64,000 bases of DNA from Pirellulales bacterium (GTDB lineage Bacteria; Planctomycetota; Planctomycetia; Pirellulales; UBA1268), in the NCBI GenBank assembly GCA_044369655.1, contig JBILWX010000002.1, positions 8,047-72,046 of the forward strand, in the 5' to 3' direction. Of this stretch, positions 33,965 through 44,296 are shown piece after piece (position 1 is the stretch's first letter; every line of letters starts with the position of its first letter). The translations under genes and the position numbers were made by a program. The notes under the pieces are model-generated. The model was given only the letters and a program-made list of their open reading frames with translations. It had not been told where the DNA came from and ran no database searches.

Positions 33965-34222
33965 CTAGACGTTGGTCGGGCGAACGTAGCCCAGCGAACG
34001 CACGACCTCGAGCAGTTCGCTGCAGGTCGGGAACTGGCGGCCGCTCCGGCGTTTGTACTGCTCGACGGCCTGCATGAACTCCATCTCGTCGGGCTGATAG
34101 TCGCGCTCGCAGGTGGTGGGATCGATGTGTCGTCGCCGGCTGACGGCCCCCGAGGCGATCACCGAAACTGCCTGGCGGCGACGGCTGGAACGGGGCGACT
34201 TCGAGATGGCAGACATGGTCAT
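33965..34222 (-). CDS. Small conserved hypothetical protein (planctomycete-type)
   Basis: [48 protein letters not shown] upstream of ATG 34222. Confidence 0.85.
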   Translation of the reverse strand: MTMSAISKSPRSSRRRQAVSVIASGAVSRRRHIDPTTCERDYQPDEMEFMQAVEQYKRRSGRQFPTCSELLEVVRSLGYVRPTNV

Positions 34223-34500
34223 CGCAGGGCTCCTTGGAGTTGGGGGCGGGGTGTTGGTTTGGGGGTTTTGCGGCACTCTTGGCGAAAATCAGCGATTGAC
34301 CGCTGGTGGCGTCCGGGAAAGGACTACCGGAAGTATGCGCCACAACGGCGGCGCAAACCCGGCCGACTGGGAAAAAGATTTCGGCCCGCCAGCCGGCATA
34401 ACCCGCCCGATCATCACCCCGCCGGCCGGCACTCCCATCGCAGCCCGTCCCCGCCCGAAAAACCCGCCCGAAAAAAGAAGGCTGGGAGGGGGGCGATCGG

Positions 34501-35139
34501 CTACCGCTTCCCGAAGAATTTCTTCAACGCCTCAGCGGCGGCATCCTTCGAATTCGCCGTCCTGGGCCCCCTCGCCTCGGGAGGCAGCGTGGCGGGCTGC
34601 GCTCGAGCCGCGAGCAAGGCGTCGATGCCGGAGGCCGTAGCGGCTGCCGAGACGGAGGAATCATCGCCTGCAGCGAGCGACTCCATCCCGACAGCAACGG
34701 CACTCCCCGACGAGGCGTCGTCGTTCGATACCTCCGCGGACACATCGGCTGCTTTGATGGTCTGGGTCGTATCGAACATGCCGGCAGGTTCGTCGTCCGC
34801 CATGAGCCAACGGGAGACGTCGTCCATGACCGGGGCCGCCGCCGGTGCCACGCACGACACCTTCAGTTCGAGCGGTCCCACCCGCACGATGTCGCCATCC
34901 GCGACGGTCACTTTGGCCGAAATTCGCACCCCGTTCACGTAAGTGCCGTTTCGACTCTTGAGATCCTCGACGGTCACGCCGCCGCTTTCTGCGACCACGG
35001 CGCAGTGCCGGCGGCTGACCTCCTCCCCCAACGGCCGGACGTCACAATCCTCGGCGCGGCCGATCAACAGCCTGCCATGCTTCAAGGAGATCGATCGCCC
35101 GGCGCTCTTGCCCGAGGCGACAATCAATTTCACGACCAT
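34501..35139 (-). CDS. FHA domain protein
   Basis: IGR..DCD, VSRRHC and DLKSRNGTYVNG, followed by a disordered tail. Confidence 0.92.
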   Translation of the reverse strand: MVVKLIVASGKSAGRSISLKHGRLLIGRAEDCDVRPLGEEVSRRHCAVVAESGGVTVEDLKSRNGTYVNGVRISAKVTVADGDIVRVGPLELKVSCVAPAAAPVMDDVSRWLMADDEPAGMFDTTQTIKAADVSAEVSNDDASSGSAVAVGMESLAAGDDSSVSAAATASGIDALLAARAQPATLPPEARGPRTANSKDAAAEALKKFFGKR

Positions 35140-35427
35140 GGCTGTACCCGATTCACAAGCCCAGGTTCACAAGCCCAGGAACGAACCGACCGAAAACCGC
35201 GTCCTCACACTCAACGGACGGCAGAGCGGGATGGACGGGCGTTTCGGCTCAACCCCAGACGACTCCCAGAATACTATCGTCGACATCACGGCTCGCCAAC
35301 AGCGCCCCACGCCCAGAGGCATCCAGAGGCATCTCGAGGGCATGCGGTTCGAGGGTATTCCGGTCCGGCGGCAGGGCTCATCACGAGCGCACCAGACCGT
35401 TCCCCTCGCAGATGCCCCCCGCGAATG

Positions 35428-36228
35428 TCATCGGCGGCCGGTCCACTGTTCCTCGCGAAATCGCTCGGCGAGAGCGGCGACTTCGGCTTCTCTCCCCACC
35501 ACAAAGGGGGCCGACTCTTCCCGAATCGTTCCCTGCAGCATGCTGGCGAGCCGCCGTCCCCAGGCGCGTGACAGAGCGGCTGCAGCGGGCAAAACTGCGG
35601 CACCCACGAGGTCTGACACACCCGGGTGACGGGCCTGACCGCTGACGGCAGTGTTGGATTGAAGGAGCAGGCTGCCGTGCTGGAGCACCACACCCGACAG
35701 CCGACGCTGGGCGCTTCCCATGATCTTGCTGGAGGTGCCAGCCGTCAGCCCCGCCATGACGAGGTCACCGGCGGCCCGCCGGTCGAAGCAGAAAAAGAGC
35801 GGTTCTGGCGGTTCGTGTGGCGACTCGCGACCCGCCCGTGTCTCGGCGGCGGGATGCGGCCAGGCGCGAATCCCGTGATCGGCGAGCACCTCCACCATCG
35901 CGCCGTGCAGGGCATCGTAAAACACCTGCGGCGTCGCTCCCCACGGATGGCTCTTCGAAACCGCAGCCGCGTAGGTCAGATCGCTCCCATGCACGATGGC
36001 GCCGCCGCCGCTGGGCCGACGCACGAGCGGCAGGCCGCGGATTTCAGGAACTTGCCGGGCGTCGTCGATCTTCTGGAACCCGCCCAGCGAAATGGTCGTC
36101 GTCGCCCATCGGTAGAACCGCATCACGAGCCCGCCGCGGCGTTCTGCCTCGGCGGCGAGACATTCATCGGCGGCCATGTTCGTGGGGCCGTCGGCCGCGT
36201 CGTCCCACCAGATCGTGATCGTGTTCAC
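35428..36228 (-). CDS. Lipoate-protein ligase/octanoyltransferase (LplA/LipM family)
   Basis: NMAADE, RFYRW, VRRPSGGGAIVH, KIMGSAQRR and LQHGS. Adjacent to gcvH. Confidence 0.88.
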   Translation of the reverse strand: MNTITIWWDDAADGPTNMAADECLAAEAERRGGLVMRFYRWATTTISLGGFQKIDDARQVPEIRGLPLVRRPSGGGAIVHGSDLTYAAAVSKSHPWGATPQVFYDALHGAMVEVLADHGIRAWPHPAAETRAGRESPHEPPEPLFFCFDRRAAGDLVMAGLTAGTSSKIMGSAQRRLSGVVLQHGSLLLQSNTAVSGQARHPGVSDLVGAAVLPAAAALSRAWGRRLASMLQGTIREESAPFVVGREAEVAALAERFREEQWTGRR

Positions 36229-36239
36229 GGAGGCGCCGC

Positions 36240-36626
36240 TCAGTGGGGCTGGCTGCCCACGAGCGACTCATACGCGGCCCGATCGAGCAGGCTGTCCAAG
36301 TCGGCGGGATTGTCGGGTTTGATCCGCACGACCCAGCCTTCACCGTAGGGATCCTTGCCGAGCGTTTCAAGCTTCCCAGGCAGGGCGGCATTGACCTCGA
36401 CGACCTCCCCGGACACGGGAGCGTAGAGATCGCTGACGGCCTTGACGCTTTCGATCTCGCCGAACGACTCACCGGCCTTGACCCGCTTGCCCACGGCCGG
36501 CAGCTGCATGAACACGAGGTCGGTGAGCGCCTCGACCGCATAGGACGAAATGCCCACGGTCACCACGCCGCCCGCATCCGAACGGACCCATTCGTGCGTT
36601 TTCGCAAATTTCAGATCAGCCGCCAT
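36240..36626 (-). CDS. gcvH: Glycine cleavage system H protein
   Basis: THEWV, IESVKAVSDLYAPVSG (lipoyl-Lys) and DPYGEGW. Confidence 0.96.
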   Translation of the reverse strand: MAADLKFAKTHEWVRSDAGGVVTVGISSYAVEALTDLVFMQLPAVGKRVKAGESFGEIESVKAVSDLYAPVSGEVVEVNAALPGKLETLGKDPYGEGWVVRIKPDNPADLDSLLDRAAYESLVGSQPH

Positions 36627-36655
36627 GCCGTGCTCCATCGGAAGGTCTTGGGAAG

Positions 36656-36683
36656 GAAACCAGGGTCATGAAACCAGGATCAT
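36656..36683. repeat. 14-bp direct tandem repeat between gcvT and gcvH
   Basis: gaaaccagggtcat followed by gaaaccaggatcat. Confidence 0.55.
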
Positions 36684-36689
36684 ATCGCA

Positions 36690-37835
36690 TTACGCAGGCC
36701 GCCTGTCGCGCTGGTAGAAGGGCAGGGGGGTGACCACCGCTGGCTGCCTGGTGTCGCGGATGCTGCACTCGAGCGGCGTCCCCGCGGTGGCCGCGTCTCG
36801 GTCGACCATCGCCATGGCCACCGCAGTGCCGAGGGTCGGAGCAAAGCTCCCGCTGGTGACGACACCGACCTGCCTTGCGCCCATCAAGACGGCGTCGCCC
36901 TCCCGGGCACTCCGCTTGGAGTCGAACCGGAGGCCGACGCGCACCCGTCCCGCCGGATGGCGCCGCAGGTCCGCATAGTGGCCCGCGCCGGGAAAACTCC
37001 GGCCGTCCAGCGAGAAGGCCAGGTCGAGGCCGATCGCAAACGGATCGGTCTCCTCTCGGAGCTCATGGCCGTACAACGGCATTCCCGCTTCCAGCCGCAA
37101 GGTGTCGCGGGCGCCCAAGCCGCACGGCCGCAGGCCCAGCGACACCCCCGTGCCGTGGATCGCCTCCCAGACCGGCGTGGCCGCCGCGGCATCGACCACC
37201 AGTTCGACACCATCCTCGCCCGTGTATCCGGTGCGGCTCACGGCGACGGCATGCCCCGCGACCACCGCCGACGCCGACCGGTAGTTGCCCAGACCGGCGA
37301 TGCGGGCCGCATCGCCGGGGCTGCACAGACTTCCCACGATCGCGATCGCCCGCGGCCCCTGCACGGCGATCATCGCCGTCTCGAACGTCCGGTCCGCGAA
37401 CGTGACGCCGGCAGCCGGCAGCCGGCTCTTCAGCCAGGCGACGACACGCTCGCGATTGCTCGCGTTGACGACCAGCGTGAGCCGCGGCGAGCCGTCCGAA
37501 GCGTCCGTATCCCGTCCGACCAACGCGTCATCGAGCACGACCGGCCGGCCCCCTGCGTCGCTCGTGACGAGCGTGTACCGGACGCGGCCCGCCTCGATGC
37601 CGGCCACCCGCCGCGTGAGCAGCGACTCCAGCCAGTCGATCGCCGCGGCGCCGCCAATCACCAGCCGTCCCATGTGCGACACGTCGAACATGCCAGCCGC
37701 CTGCCGCGTTGCCAGGTGCTCCTCGACGATCGAGGCGTATTGGACGGGCATCCGCCAGCCGGCAAAGTCGACCATCCGGCCGCCATGCGTCGAGTGCCAG
37801 CCGACCAGAGGGGTTTCAAGCAGCGTCGCCGACAC
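36690..37835 (-). CDS. gcvT: Glycine cleavage system aminomethyltransferase T
   Basis: DFAGWRMPVQY, FDVSHMG, SRTGYTGEDG and GLGARDTLRLEAGMPLYG. Confidence 0.96.
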   Translation of the reverse strand: MSATLLETPLVGWHSTHGGRMVDFAGWRMPVQYASIVEEHLATRQAAGMFDVSHMGRLVIGGAAAIDWLESLLTRRVAGIEAGRVRYTLVTSDAGGRPVVLDDALVGRDTDASDGSPRLTLVVNASNRERVVAWLKSRLPAAGVTFADRTFETAMIAVQGPRAIAIVGSLCSPGDAARIAGLGNYRSASAVVAGHAVAVSRTGYTGEDGVELVVDAAAATPVWEAIHGTGVSLGLRPCGLGARDTLRLEAGMPLYGHELREETDPFAIGLDLAFSLDGRSFPGAGHYADLRRHPAGRVRVGLRFDSKRSAREGDAVLMGARQVGVVTSGSFAPTLGTAVAMAMVDRDAATAGTPLECSIRDTRQPAVVTPLPFYQRDRRPA

Positions 37836-37915
37836 GTGGAGTCTTCCCGAAGTGAGTGGACGTCGGCCCGGATTGTAGGAAACCCCGGCGAACCTGCCAG
37901 CCGTTCAGGCTGCGA

Positions 37916-40003
37916 TCAGCGTTTGCGGCGCTTCTTGCCGGCCTTGGCGGCGCCGCCCCCTCGGGATTGCTTGCGGGGCGGTTTTTTTCCGCCGCGCGGC
38001 TGCGGCGGGCGCTGGCCGCGCTCGACGAGCCGGAAGTCGAGCGTGCGGCGATCGAGATCGACGCGAAATACCGTCACGCGAACCCGGTCGCCCAGCCGGA
38101 AGGAATTGCCCGCCCGCCGGCCGATGAGCGTGTGGCTCGTGCGTTCGAAGCGGTAGCTGTCGTCGGGCAACGATTCGAGCGTCACGAGCCCCTCCGCCGG
38201 CAGTTCGAGCCCCTGCACGAACAGGCCGAACGGCTCGACGCCGGTCACGACCGCGTTCATCTCCTCGCCCTTGCGGCCACTCAGGAAAATGAGCAGTTTG
38301 AGCTTCACCAGTTCCCGCTCGGCCGCCTCGGCCCGCCGCTCGAGCAGCGAGCATTCCTCGCCCAAGCGCGGCAGGCCGTCGCCCGCGGCACGACGGCCGC
38401 GGGCGAGGAGATCGAGCGCCCGGTGCACGGTGAGATCGGGATAGCGGCGGATGGGTGACGTGTAGTGGCAGTAGCAGTCGCTTGCCAGGGCATAGTGGCC
38501 GTCCTCCTGCGGCCCGTACGCGGCCCGCGACAGGCTGCGGAGCACGGCGTAGTGCACGGCATGCTCCTCCGGCCGGCCGCGCGCCATGTCGAGCAGCCGT
38601 TGGAGTTCGAAGCGGCTCTCCAGCGTGTCGACCTCGAACCCCAGTTCCGAGACGAACTCGGTCAACTGCCGGAGCTTCCGCAGATCGGGGGCCGGATGAA
38701 TCCGCCTGAGAAAACCGGCTCCGGCCGCGGCCAGCATCCCGGCCACGGCCTCGTTGGCGGCGAGCATGAACTCCTCGATGATCTGGTGGCTCTCCGTATT
38801 TTCCACCACGTGCGCCCCGGAGACCCGACCGTCGCGGTCGAGGTCGATCTTCACCTCCGGCATCGACAGTTCGAGCGATCCGCGGGCCATTCGCCGGCTG
38901 CGCAGCATCCGCGCCAAATCCCGCATGCGGCCGAGCAGCGCCCGCACATCGTCGGTCATCTCCACCGCACCGGTGTCGGGATCGGCGAGAAAGACGTCGA
39001 CCTCCTCGTAGGTGAATCGCCGTTTGCTTGTGATCGCCGACCGCTCCTCCTCGGCATGGACCGGGATCCCCTCGGGCGAAAACTCGATCCAGCAGGTTCG
39101 CGCGTACCGGACGCGGCCCGGCTGCAGGCTCGCCAGATTGTTGGAGACGATTTCCGGCAGCATCGGGATCACGCGGTCCGGCAGGTAGACGCTCGTGCCG
39201 CGGGCCCGGGCCTCCTGATCGAGCGGCGACCCCTCTTCGACGAAGTGCGACACGTCGGCGATGTGCACGCCCAGGAGCCAGTGGCCGCGGTCGACCCGCT
39301 CGAGGGAAATCGCATCGTCGAAGTCGCGGGCGTCGACCGGGTCGATCGTGACGACCACGCGCTCCGTACAATCCCGTCGGCCGGCGGGCACCTCCTCCCG
39401 AAACCGCTCCGCCTGCCGGCGTGCTTCAGCCAGCGATCCTTCGGGAAACGGTCCGGGCAGACCGAACTCGTGGATCACCGTGAGCGTGTCGACGCCTGCG
39501 TCGCCGGCGGCGCCCAGCACCTCGACGATCACTCCTTCGCCGTCCCGCAGGTGCGAAGGAAAACGCACCATCTCCACGACCACCTTGTCGTTTTCGCGCA
39601 CGCCCTTGGCGCCGGGGTCGCCGACCGACACGGGCCTCGCAAAATTCGTGCCGTCGATCCGCACCCAGCCGCCACCGGCCGCCTCGAAATAGCCGCCCAC
39701 GAACCTGGTGGTCCGACGGTTGATCACCTCCATGATCTCGCCCGCCGGCCCGGGCCGGCGCACATCTCGGCCGCGGACGAGCCGCACGCGGACGGTGTCG
39801 CCCGTGGCCGCATCGAGCGCGGCGGCGGCCGTGACATGGACGTCGCCCGAGCGATCGCCGGCCGCCGCCTCCAGCGGGCGTACGAACCCGTAGCCGCCGG
39901 CGGCCCGGCGAAACACGCCCACCACGTCGGTCCGCCGCGGGCCCCGACCGCCGCCGACGGACTCCCGCGGATGATCATCGCGAGGCGGGCGGGAACGGCC
40001 CAT
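37916..40003 (-). CDS. rnr: Ribonuclease R family exoribonuclease
   Basis: TIDPVDARDFDDA, VHIADVS, RGTSVY, IEEFML, HYTSPIRRYPDL and an S1 domain. Start set at ATG 40003 (ORF extends to 40099). Confidence 0.9.
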   Translation of the reverse strand: MGRSRPPRDDHPRESVGGGRGPRRTDVVGVFRRAAGGYGFVRPLEAAAGDRSGDVHVTAAAALDAATGDTVRVRLVRGRDVRRPGPAGEIMEVINRRTTRFVGGYFEAAGGGWVRIDGTNFARPVSVGDPGAKGVRENDKVVVEMVRFPSHLRDGEGVIVEVLGAAGDAGVDTLTVIHEFGLPGPFPEGSLAEARRQAERFREEVPAGRRDCTERVVVTIDPVDARDFDDAISLERVDRGHWLLGVHIADVSHFVEEGSPLDQEARARGTSVYLPDRVIPMLPEIVSNNLASLQPGRVRYARTCWIEFSPEGIPVHAEEERSAITSKRRFTYEEVDVFLADPDTGAVEMTDDVRALLGRMRDLARMLRSRRMARGSLELSMPEVKIDLDRDGRVSGAHVVENTESHQIIEEFMLAANEAVAGMLAAAGAGFLRRIHPAPDLRKLRQLTEFVSELGFEVDTLESRFELQRLLDMARGRPEEHAVHYAVLRSLSRAAYGPQEDGHYALASDCYCHYTSPIRRYPDLTVHRALDLLARGRRAAGDGLPRLGEECSLLERRAEAAERELVKLKLLIFLSGRKGEEMNAVVTGVEPFGLFVQGLELPAEGLVTLESLPDDSYRFERTSHTLIGRRAGNSFRLGDRVRVTVFRVDLDRRTLDFRLVERGQRPPQPRGGKKPPRKQSRGGGAAKAGKKRRKR

Positions 40004-40037
40004 GAAACGACCTGCAGCGCCTTTCCGAAACGCGGCC

Positions 40038-41102
40038 TCAGCCACGCCCCTTGAAGAATTTCCGGCCGAGATTGGCGTGGTATTGCGTCCATCCGCCATC
40101 GAGCGCGGCCTCGTTCTGCATCAATTGCAGGGTGCCGGCCATCCGTGCATCGAGTTGATCCAGATGGTGCAGGGCGATCGCCTCGAGCGTCATGGGGAGC
40201 TTGGGCGCTCCGAAGGCGTACTCTCCATGGTGGCTGGCGATCATGTGCTTGACCCGCACCGCCGTCTCGGCATCGAAGGCCTCGCCACTGCGTTCCTCGA
40301 CCTCCCGGATCTTTTCGTCGACGAGTTCGAGCCCGAGGAGCACGTGCCCGAGCAACTGGCCCGCATCGGTGTAGGAGAACCCGCGTTCGCTCTCGAGTTC
40401 CAGCGTCTTGCCGATGTCGTGCAGGAGCACGCCCACGAGCAACAGATCGCGATCGACCGCAGGGTAGCGCGGCGCCACGAGATCGGCCAGATGGAGCAGG
40501 TTGACCACGTGCTCGAGCAGGCCGCCGGCATACGCGTGGTGCTGCTTTACACCCGCGGGGCTGCGCTTGAATGCGGCCATGAGTTCGGCATCGGCCAGCA
40601 CCGCCTCCACCAGACGGCGGAGGGACGCGGAGCGGATGCCACCCAGCAGGTGAGCCAATTCGCCGGCCAGCCGTTCGACATCGGCCGTCGAGAGCACGCG
40701 GAATTCGCCCTCGTCGACGCTCCGCGGATCGACCCGGTTGATCGCCGTGACGATGATCTGGAGCGCTCCCGAATAGAGCTGCACCGTACCCTCGACCCGC
40801 ACGAAGTCGCCTTCATCGAACGCCTCGAAGTCCTCGTCGGACGCGTTCCACATGCGGCCCGTGATCGCGCCGCTGCGGTCCGCCAGTTCCACCTGCAGAT
40901 AGAGCTGCCCATTGCGATTGGGCCGTAACTGCTTTCGCGTGGCGAGAAACACCTGATCAGTCTGGGCCCCGCCGACGAGCTCCGTGATCCGTTTGCGACC
41001 TGAGCCGCCGCGACGCATCGCCCCCGGGCCGGGCAGGGCTCGGCCCGCCCCCGACGCTGCCTCCGGGTTGGCATCGCGGCCGGAAGATGGAGCGGTGGAC
41101 AT
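40038..41102 (-). CDS. YhaM-like 3'-5' exoribonuclease (OB fold + HD domain)
   Basis: LADRSGAITGRMW, HHAYAGGLLEH, LLHDIGK, SHHG and LDQLDA. Start may be 41018. Confidence 0.88.
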   Translation of the reverse strand: MSTAPSSGRDANPEAASGAGRALPGPGAMRRGGSGRKRITELVGGAQTDQVFLATRKQLRPNRNGQLYLQVELADRSGAITGRMWNASDEDFEAFDEGDFVRVEGTVQLYSGALQIIVTAINRVDPRSVDEGEFRVLSTADVERLAGELAHLLGGIRSASLRRLVEAVLADAELMAAFKRSPAGVKQHHAYAGGLLEHVVNLLHLADLVAPRYPAVDRDLLLVGVLLHDIGKTLELESERGFSYTDAGQLLGHVLLGLELVDEKIREVEERSGEAFDAETAVRVKHMIASHHGEYAFGAPKLPMTLEAIALHHLDQLDARMAGTLQLMQNEAALDGGWTQYHANLGRKFFKGRG

Positions 41103-41295
41103 GCGTGGAATCCGAACTGCTGAGGTGGCAAAACGTGGCGGCCAAGAGTCTCACGAGTCTACCAGACCGAGGAAAAACTCCCGCATCGCCCGCGTGTGAT
41201 GCCCGCCGACGACACGAAAAGCTACAATCCGCGACCTCGCGGCCGAACCGCCTTTTCCGCCACCGCCCTTCCTGCCATCGCCCTTGGAGCCCCTC

Positions 41296-42807
41296 ATGCC
41301 CGACCATGCCATCTCGCCCACCCGCAGCCAGGACTACCCCGAGTGGTACCAGCAGGTCGTGCGCGCAGCCGACTTGGCGGAACAGTCACCCGTGCGGGGC
41401 TGCATGGTGATCAAGCCGCACGGCTACGCCGTCTGGGAGCGGATGCAGGGCATCCTCGACCGGATGTTCAAGGCGACCGGCCACCAAAACGCCTACTTTC
41501 CGCTGTTCATTCCGCTCTCCTATCTCGAACAGGAAGCGAAGCACGTCGAGGGGTTCGCGAAGGAGTGCGCCGTCGTCACGCACCACCGCCTCGAACTCGG
41601 CCCCGACGGCAAACTGATCCCCACGGGCAAGCTCGAGGAGCCGTTGGTCGTGCGGCCGACGAGTGAGACGATCATCGGCGCGATGTATGCCAAGTGGGTG
41701 CAGTCGTGGCGGGACCTGCCGGTGCTCATCAACCAGTGGGCCAACGTCGTGCGTTGGGAGATGCGGCCGCGGCTGTTCCTGCGGACGGCCGAGTTTCTCT
41801 GGCAGGAGGGGCACACGGCCCACGCCACCCGCGAGGAGGCCGTCGAGGAGACGCTGCGGATGCTCGACGTCTACGCCACGTTCGCCGAGCGGGACCTGGC
41901 GATGCCGGTGCTCAAGGGACCCAAGCCGGCGGGCGAGCGGTTCCCCGGCGCCGTCGACACGTTTTCGATCGAAGCGATGATGCAGGACGGCAAGGCGCTG
42001 CAGGCAGGCACCTCCCACTTTCTCGGCCAAAACTTCGCGCAGGCGCAGGGCATCAAGTTCGCCAACTCGAGCGGCGTGGAAGAATTCTGCTGGACCACCT
42101 CGTGGGGCGTGTCGACGCGGCTGATCGGGGCCGTGATCATGACGCACTCCGACGACGACGGCCTCTGCCTGCCGCCGCGAATCGCGCCGACGCAGGTCGT
42201 CATTCTGCCCATCCACCGCACCGACGAGGAACGCGCCGCGGTGCTCGCCTGCTGCAGGCAGTTGGAGGCGGAACTGGCCGGTGTCCGCTTTGCCGACGAA
42301 CCCATCCGCGCCCGGATCGACGCCCGCGACATGCGCGGGGGCGACAAAGTCTGGCAACACGTGAAACAGGGCGTGCCGCTCCGCGTGGAGATCGGCCCCC
42401 GCGATCTGGCGGCCGGCGCCGTCAGCGTGTCGCGCCGCGACCGCGGGCCGCGGGAACGGGCAGCCATGCCGCTCGCACAGTTCGTGGCCGAGGCGGCGGG
42501 ACTGCTCGACGACGTGCAGCGGGGGATGTTCGAGCGGGCGAAGGCGTTTCGCGAGCAGCATTCGGTACGGCTGGGCAACACGGCCGAGGTGGTCGAATTT
42601 TTCGAGCGGCCCGCGGAGAAGGGGAGCCCGGTGCAGGGCGGCTTTGCCCACGTGCACGTGGCCGACGACCCGGCCGTGACGGCGATGTTCGACCCGCTCA
42701 AGGTGACGGTGCGGTGCATTCCGCTCGAGGGCAACGACGATCCCGGCACCTGCATCGTCACGGGCCGGCCGGTGACCGGGAGAAGCGTCCTGGCGCGGTC
42801 CTATTGA
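41296..42807 (+). CDS. proS: Proline--tRNA ligase (archaeal/eukaryote-like type)
   Basis: VRGCMV, RPTSET, QWANVVRWE, EFLWQEGHT, ALQAGTSH and C-terminal ARSY. Confidence 0.96.
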   Translation: MPDHAISPTRSQDYPEWYQQVVRAADLAEQSPVRGCMVIKPHGYAVWERMQGILDRMFKATGHQNAYFPLFIPLSYLEQEAKHVEGFAKECAVVTHHRLELGPDGKLIPTGKLEEPLVVRPTSETIIGAMYAKWVQSWRDLPVLINQWANVVRWEMRPRLFLRTAEFLWQEGHTAHATREEAVEETLRMLDVYATFAERDLAMPVLKGPKPAGERFPGAVDTFSIEAMMQDGKALQAGTSHFLGQNFAQAQGIKFANSSGVEEFCWTTSWGVSTRLIGAVIMTHSDDDGLCLPPRIAPTQVVILPIHRTDEERAAVLACCRQLEAELAGVRFADEPIRARIDARDMRGGDKVWQHVKQGVPLRVEIGPRDLAAGAVSVSRRDRGPRERAAMPLAQFVAEAAGLLDDVQRGMFERAKAFREQHSVRLGNTAEVVEFFERPAEKGSPVQGGFAHVHVADDPAVTAMFDPLKVTVRCIPLEGNDDPGTCIVTGRPVTGRSVLARSY

Positions 42808-42970
42808 ATCCACACCACGGCATCCCGCATCCCACCATCCCGGCGGGCCAAGCCAGGGAATGCGGTCGCCGGCACAGGACGAAGGCGGGGCAAACCGGTC
42901 CATTCACGCTACACTGGTGAGCGTAGGGACGGTCGTCGATTGGTTTGGAAGTCTGGGAGGCATCGAGACA

Positions 42971-44158
42971 ATGCGATTGCCAAACGCGTGGGTCGTAACG
43001 GGGGTTGCCGGCTGCCTGGGGGCGGCGATCGGAGGCGGAATCGCGACGCTCGAGGCCGCCTCCCGACCCTGGCGGGCGGGAGATGTTTCCGTCGCCACTC
43101 CGGCATCGGCAGGTCCCATGCCGAAAGCCGATGTGCCCGAGATGAAATTCTCGTTCGGCACCGTCGGCGTCGGCGCCAAGGGATTCCACGAGTTCGTCAT
43201 CAAGAACACCGGCGCTGCGCCGCTGGAACTCACGAAAGGCGCTACCAGTTGCACCTGCACGGTCAGCGATTTCGACGAGACCGAAGGGGGCTCGACCGGC
43301 CCGAAGGTGGTGCCGCCGGGCGAGAGCACGAAACTCAAGGTGCAATGGCGGGGCAAGGGAGACGGCGGGCCGTTCCGCCAGCAGGCCAGCGTTCTCACCA
43401 ACGATCCTGCGCGGCCACAGATCGCGTTCGTGGTGGAGGGAACGGTGGTGCCGACCTACAAAGCCGTCCCAAGCGTCATCACGCTCCCCAAGTTGTCCAC
43501 CAGTTCGAGCGAGCGGGTGAGCGTCACCTTCTTCACCTTTGGCCAGGAGCAACCCGCGGTCGATTCGCTCACCGTCACCGACGAGAAGACAGCGGCGTTC
43601 TACTCGCTGACGTCAGCGCCGCTCGAGCCGACGGCGCTGGCCGCGGAGACCGGTGCCACCGGGGGTTTGCTGGTCACCGCCGAGATTCGCCCCGGTCTCC
43701 CGATCGGTCCTCTCAGGCAGACGCTCAAGGTCGTCTTTCGGATGCCGGAAGAGGTGGTGGCCGAGATTCCCGTGGATGGATCGGTCTCGGGCGATCTTGC
43801 CCTGGCCGGCACGGCATGGGATTCCTCCCGGGAGGCGCTGCTGCTGGGCGCGGTTTCCAGCCGCACCGGCACCCAGGCGAACCTGTTCCTCACCGTCAAG
43901 GGTCCGCATCGGACCGAAGTGAAGCCGGTCGTCCGGCAGGTCGTCCCAGACTCGCTGCAGGTCGTCGTCGGAGAGGGTAAACCGGTGGGCAGCGGGAACG
44001 TGATCCGCATCCCGCTCGCGATCACCATCCCCCCCGGCAGCACCCCGGCGAATCATATCTGCTCGACGCAGGCGCCCGCCGGCAAAATCGTGCTCGACAC
44101 CGGCCATCCGGAATCGCCCACGCTTACCATTCCCGTCTGCATTGCCATTACCCCCTGA
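42971..44158 (+). CDS. DUF1573-like Ig-fold exported/membrane-anchored protein
   Basis: N-terminal hydrophobic anchor, FSFG..HEFVIKNTGAAPL..TSCTCT, VPPGE and TNDP. Confidence 0.75.
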   Translation: MRLPNAWVVTGVAGCLGAAIGGGIATLEAASRPWRAGDVSVATPASAGPMPKADVPEMKFSFGTVGVGAKGFHEFVIKNTGAAPLELTKGATSCTCTVSDFDETEGGSTGPKVVPPGESTKLKVQWRGKGDGGPFRQQASVLTNDPARPQIAFVVEGTVVPTYKAVPSVITLPKLSTSSSERVSVTFFTFGQEQPAVDSLTVTDEKTAAFYSLTSAPLEPTALAAETGATGGLLVTAEIRPGLPIGPLRQTLKVVFRMPEEVVAEIPVDGSVSGDLALAGTAWDSSREALLLGAVSSRTGTQANLFLTVKGPHRTEVKPVVRQVVPDSLQVVVGEGKPVGSGNVIRIPLAITIPPGSTPANHICSTQAPAGKIVLDTGHPESPTLTIPVCIAITP

Positions 44159-44296
44159 GGTTGGTCGCGGAAAAAGCCATCCACGGCCTTTTTCCCACCC
44201 CGGCCAGGCGAAAATGCCGAAAATTGCACGGTCGGCGGGCAGCGCACCAGGCGAGGCCCGACGTTCCCCGCAGCCTGCCAGCGAATCATCCTTCCC

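Noticed and set aside
37836-37915. Glycine riboswitch before gcvT
   Set aside because: The gap is only 80 bp and lacks the aptamer consensus.
42815-42862. Possible fourth, inverted REP copy after proS (gccaagccagggaat) and catccc echoes
   Set aside because: Only a short partial match that lacks the conserved core, so it could be chance.
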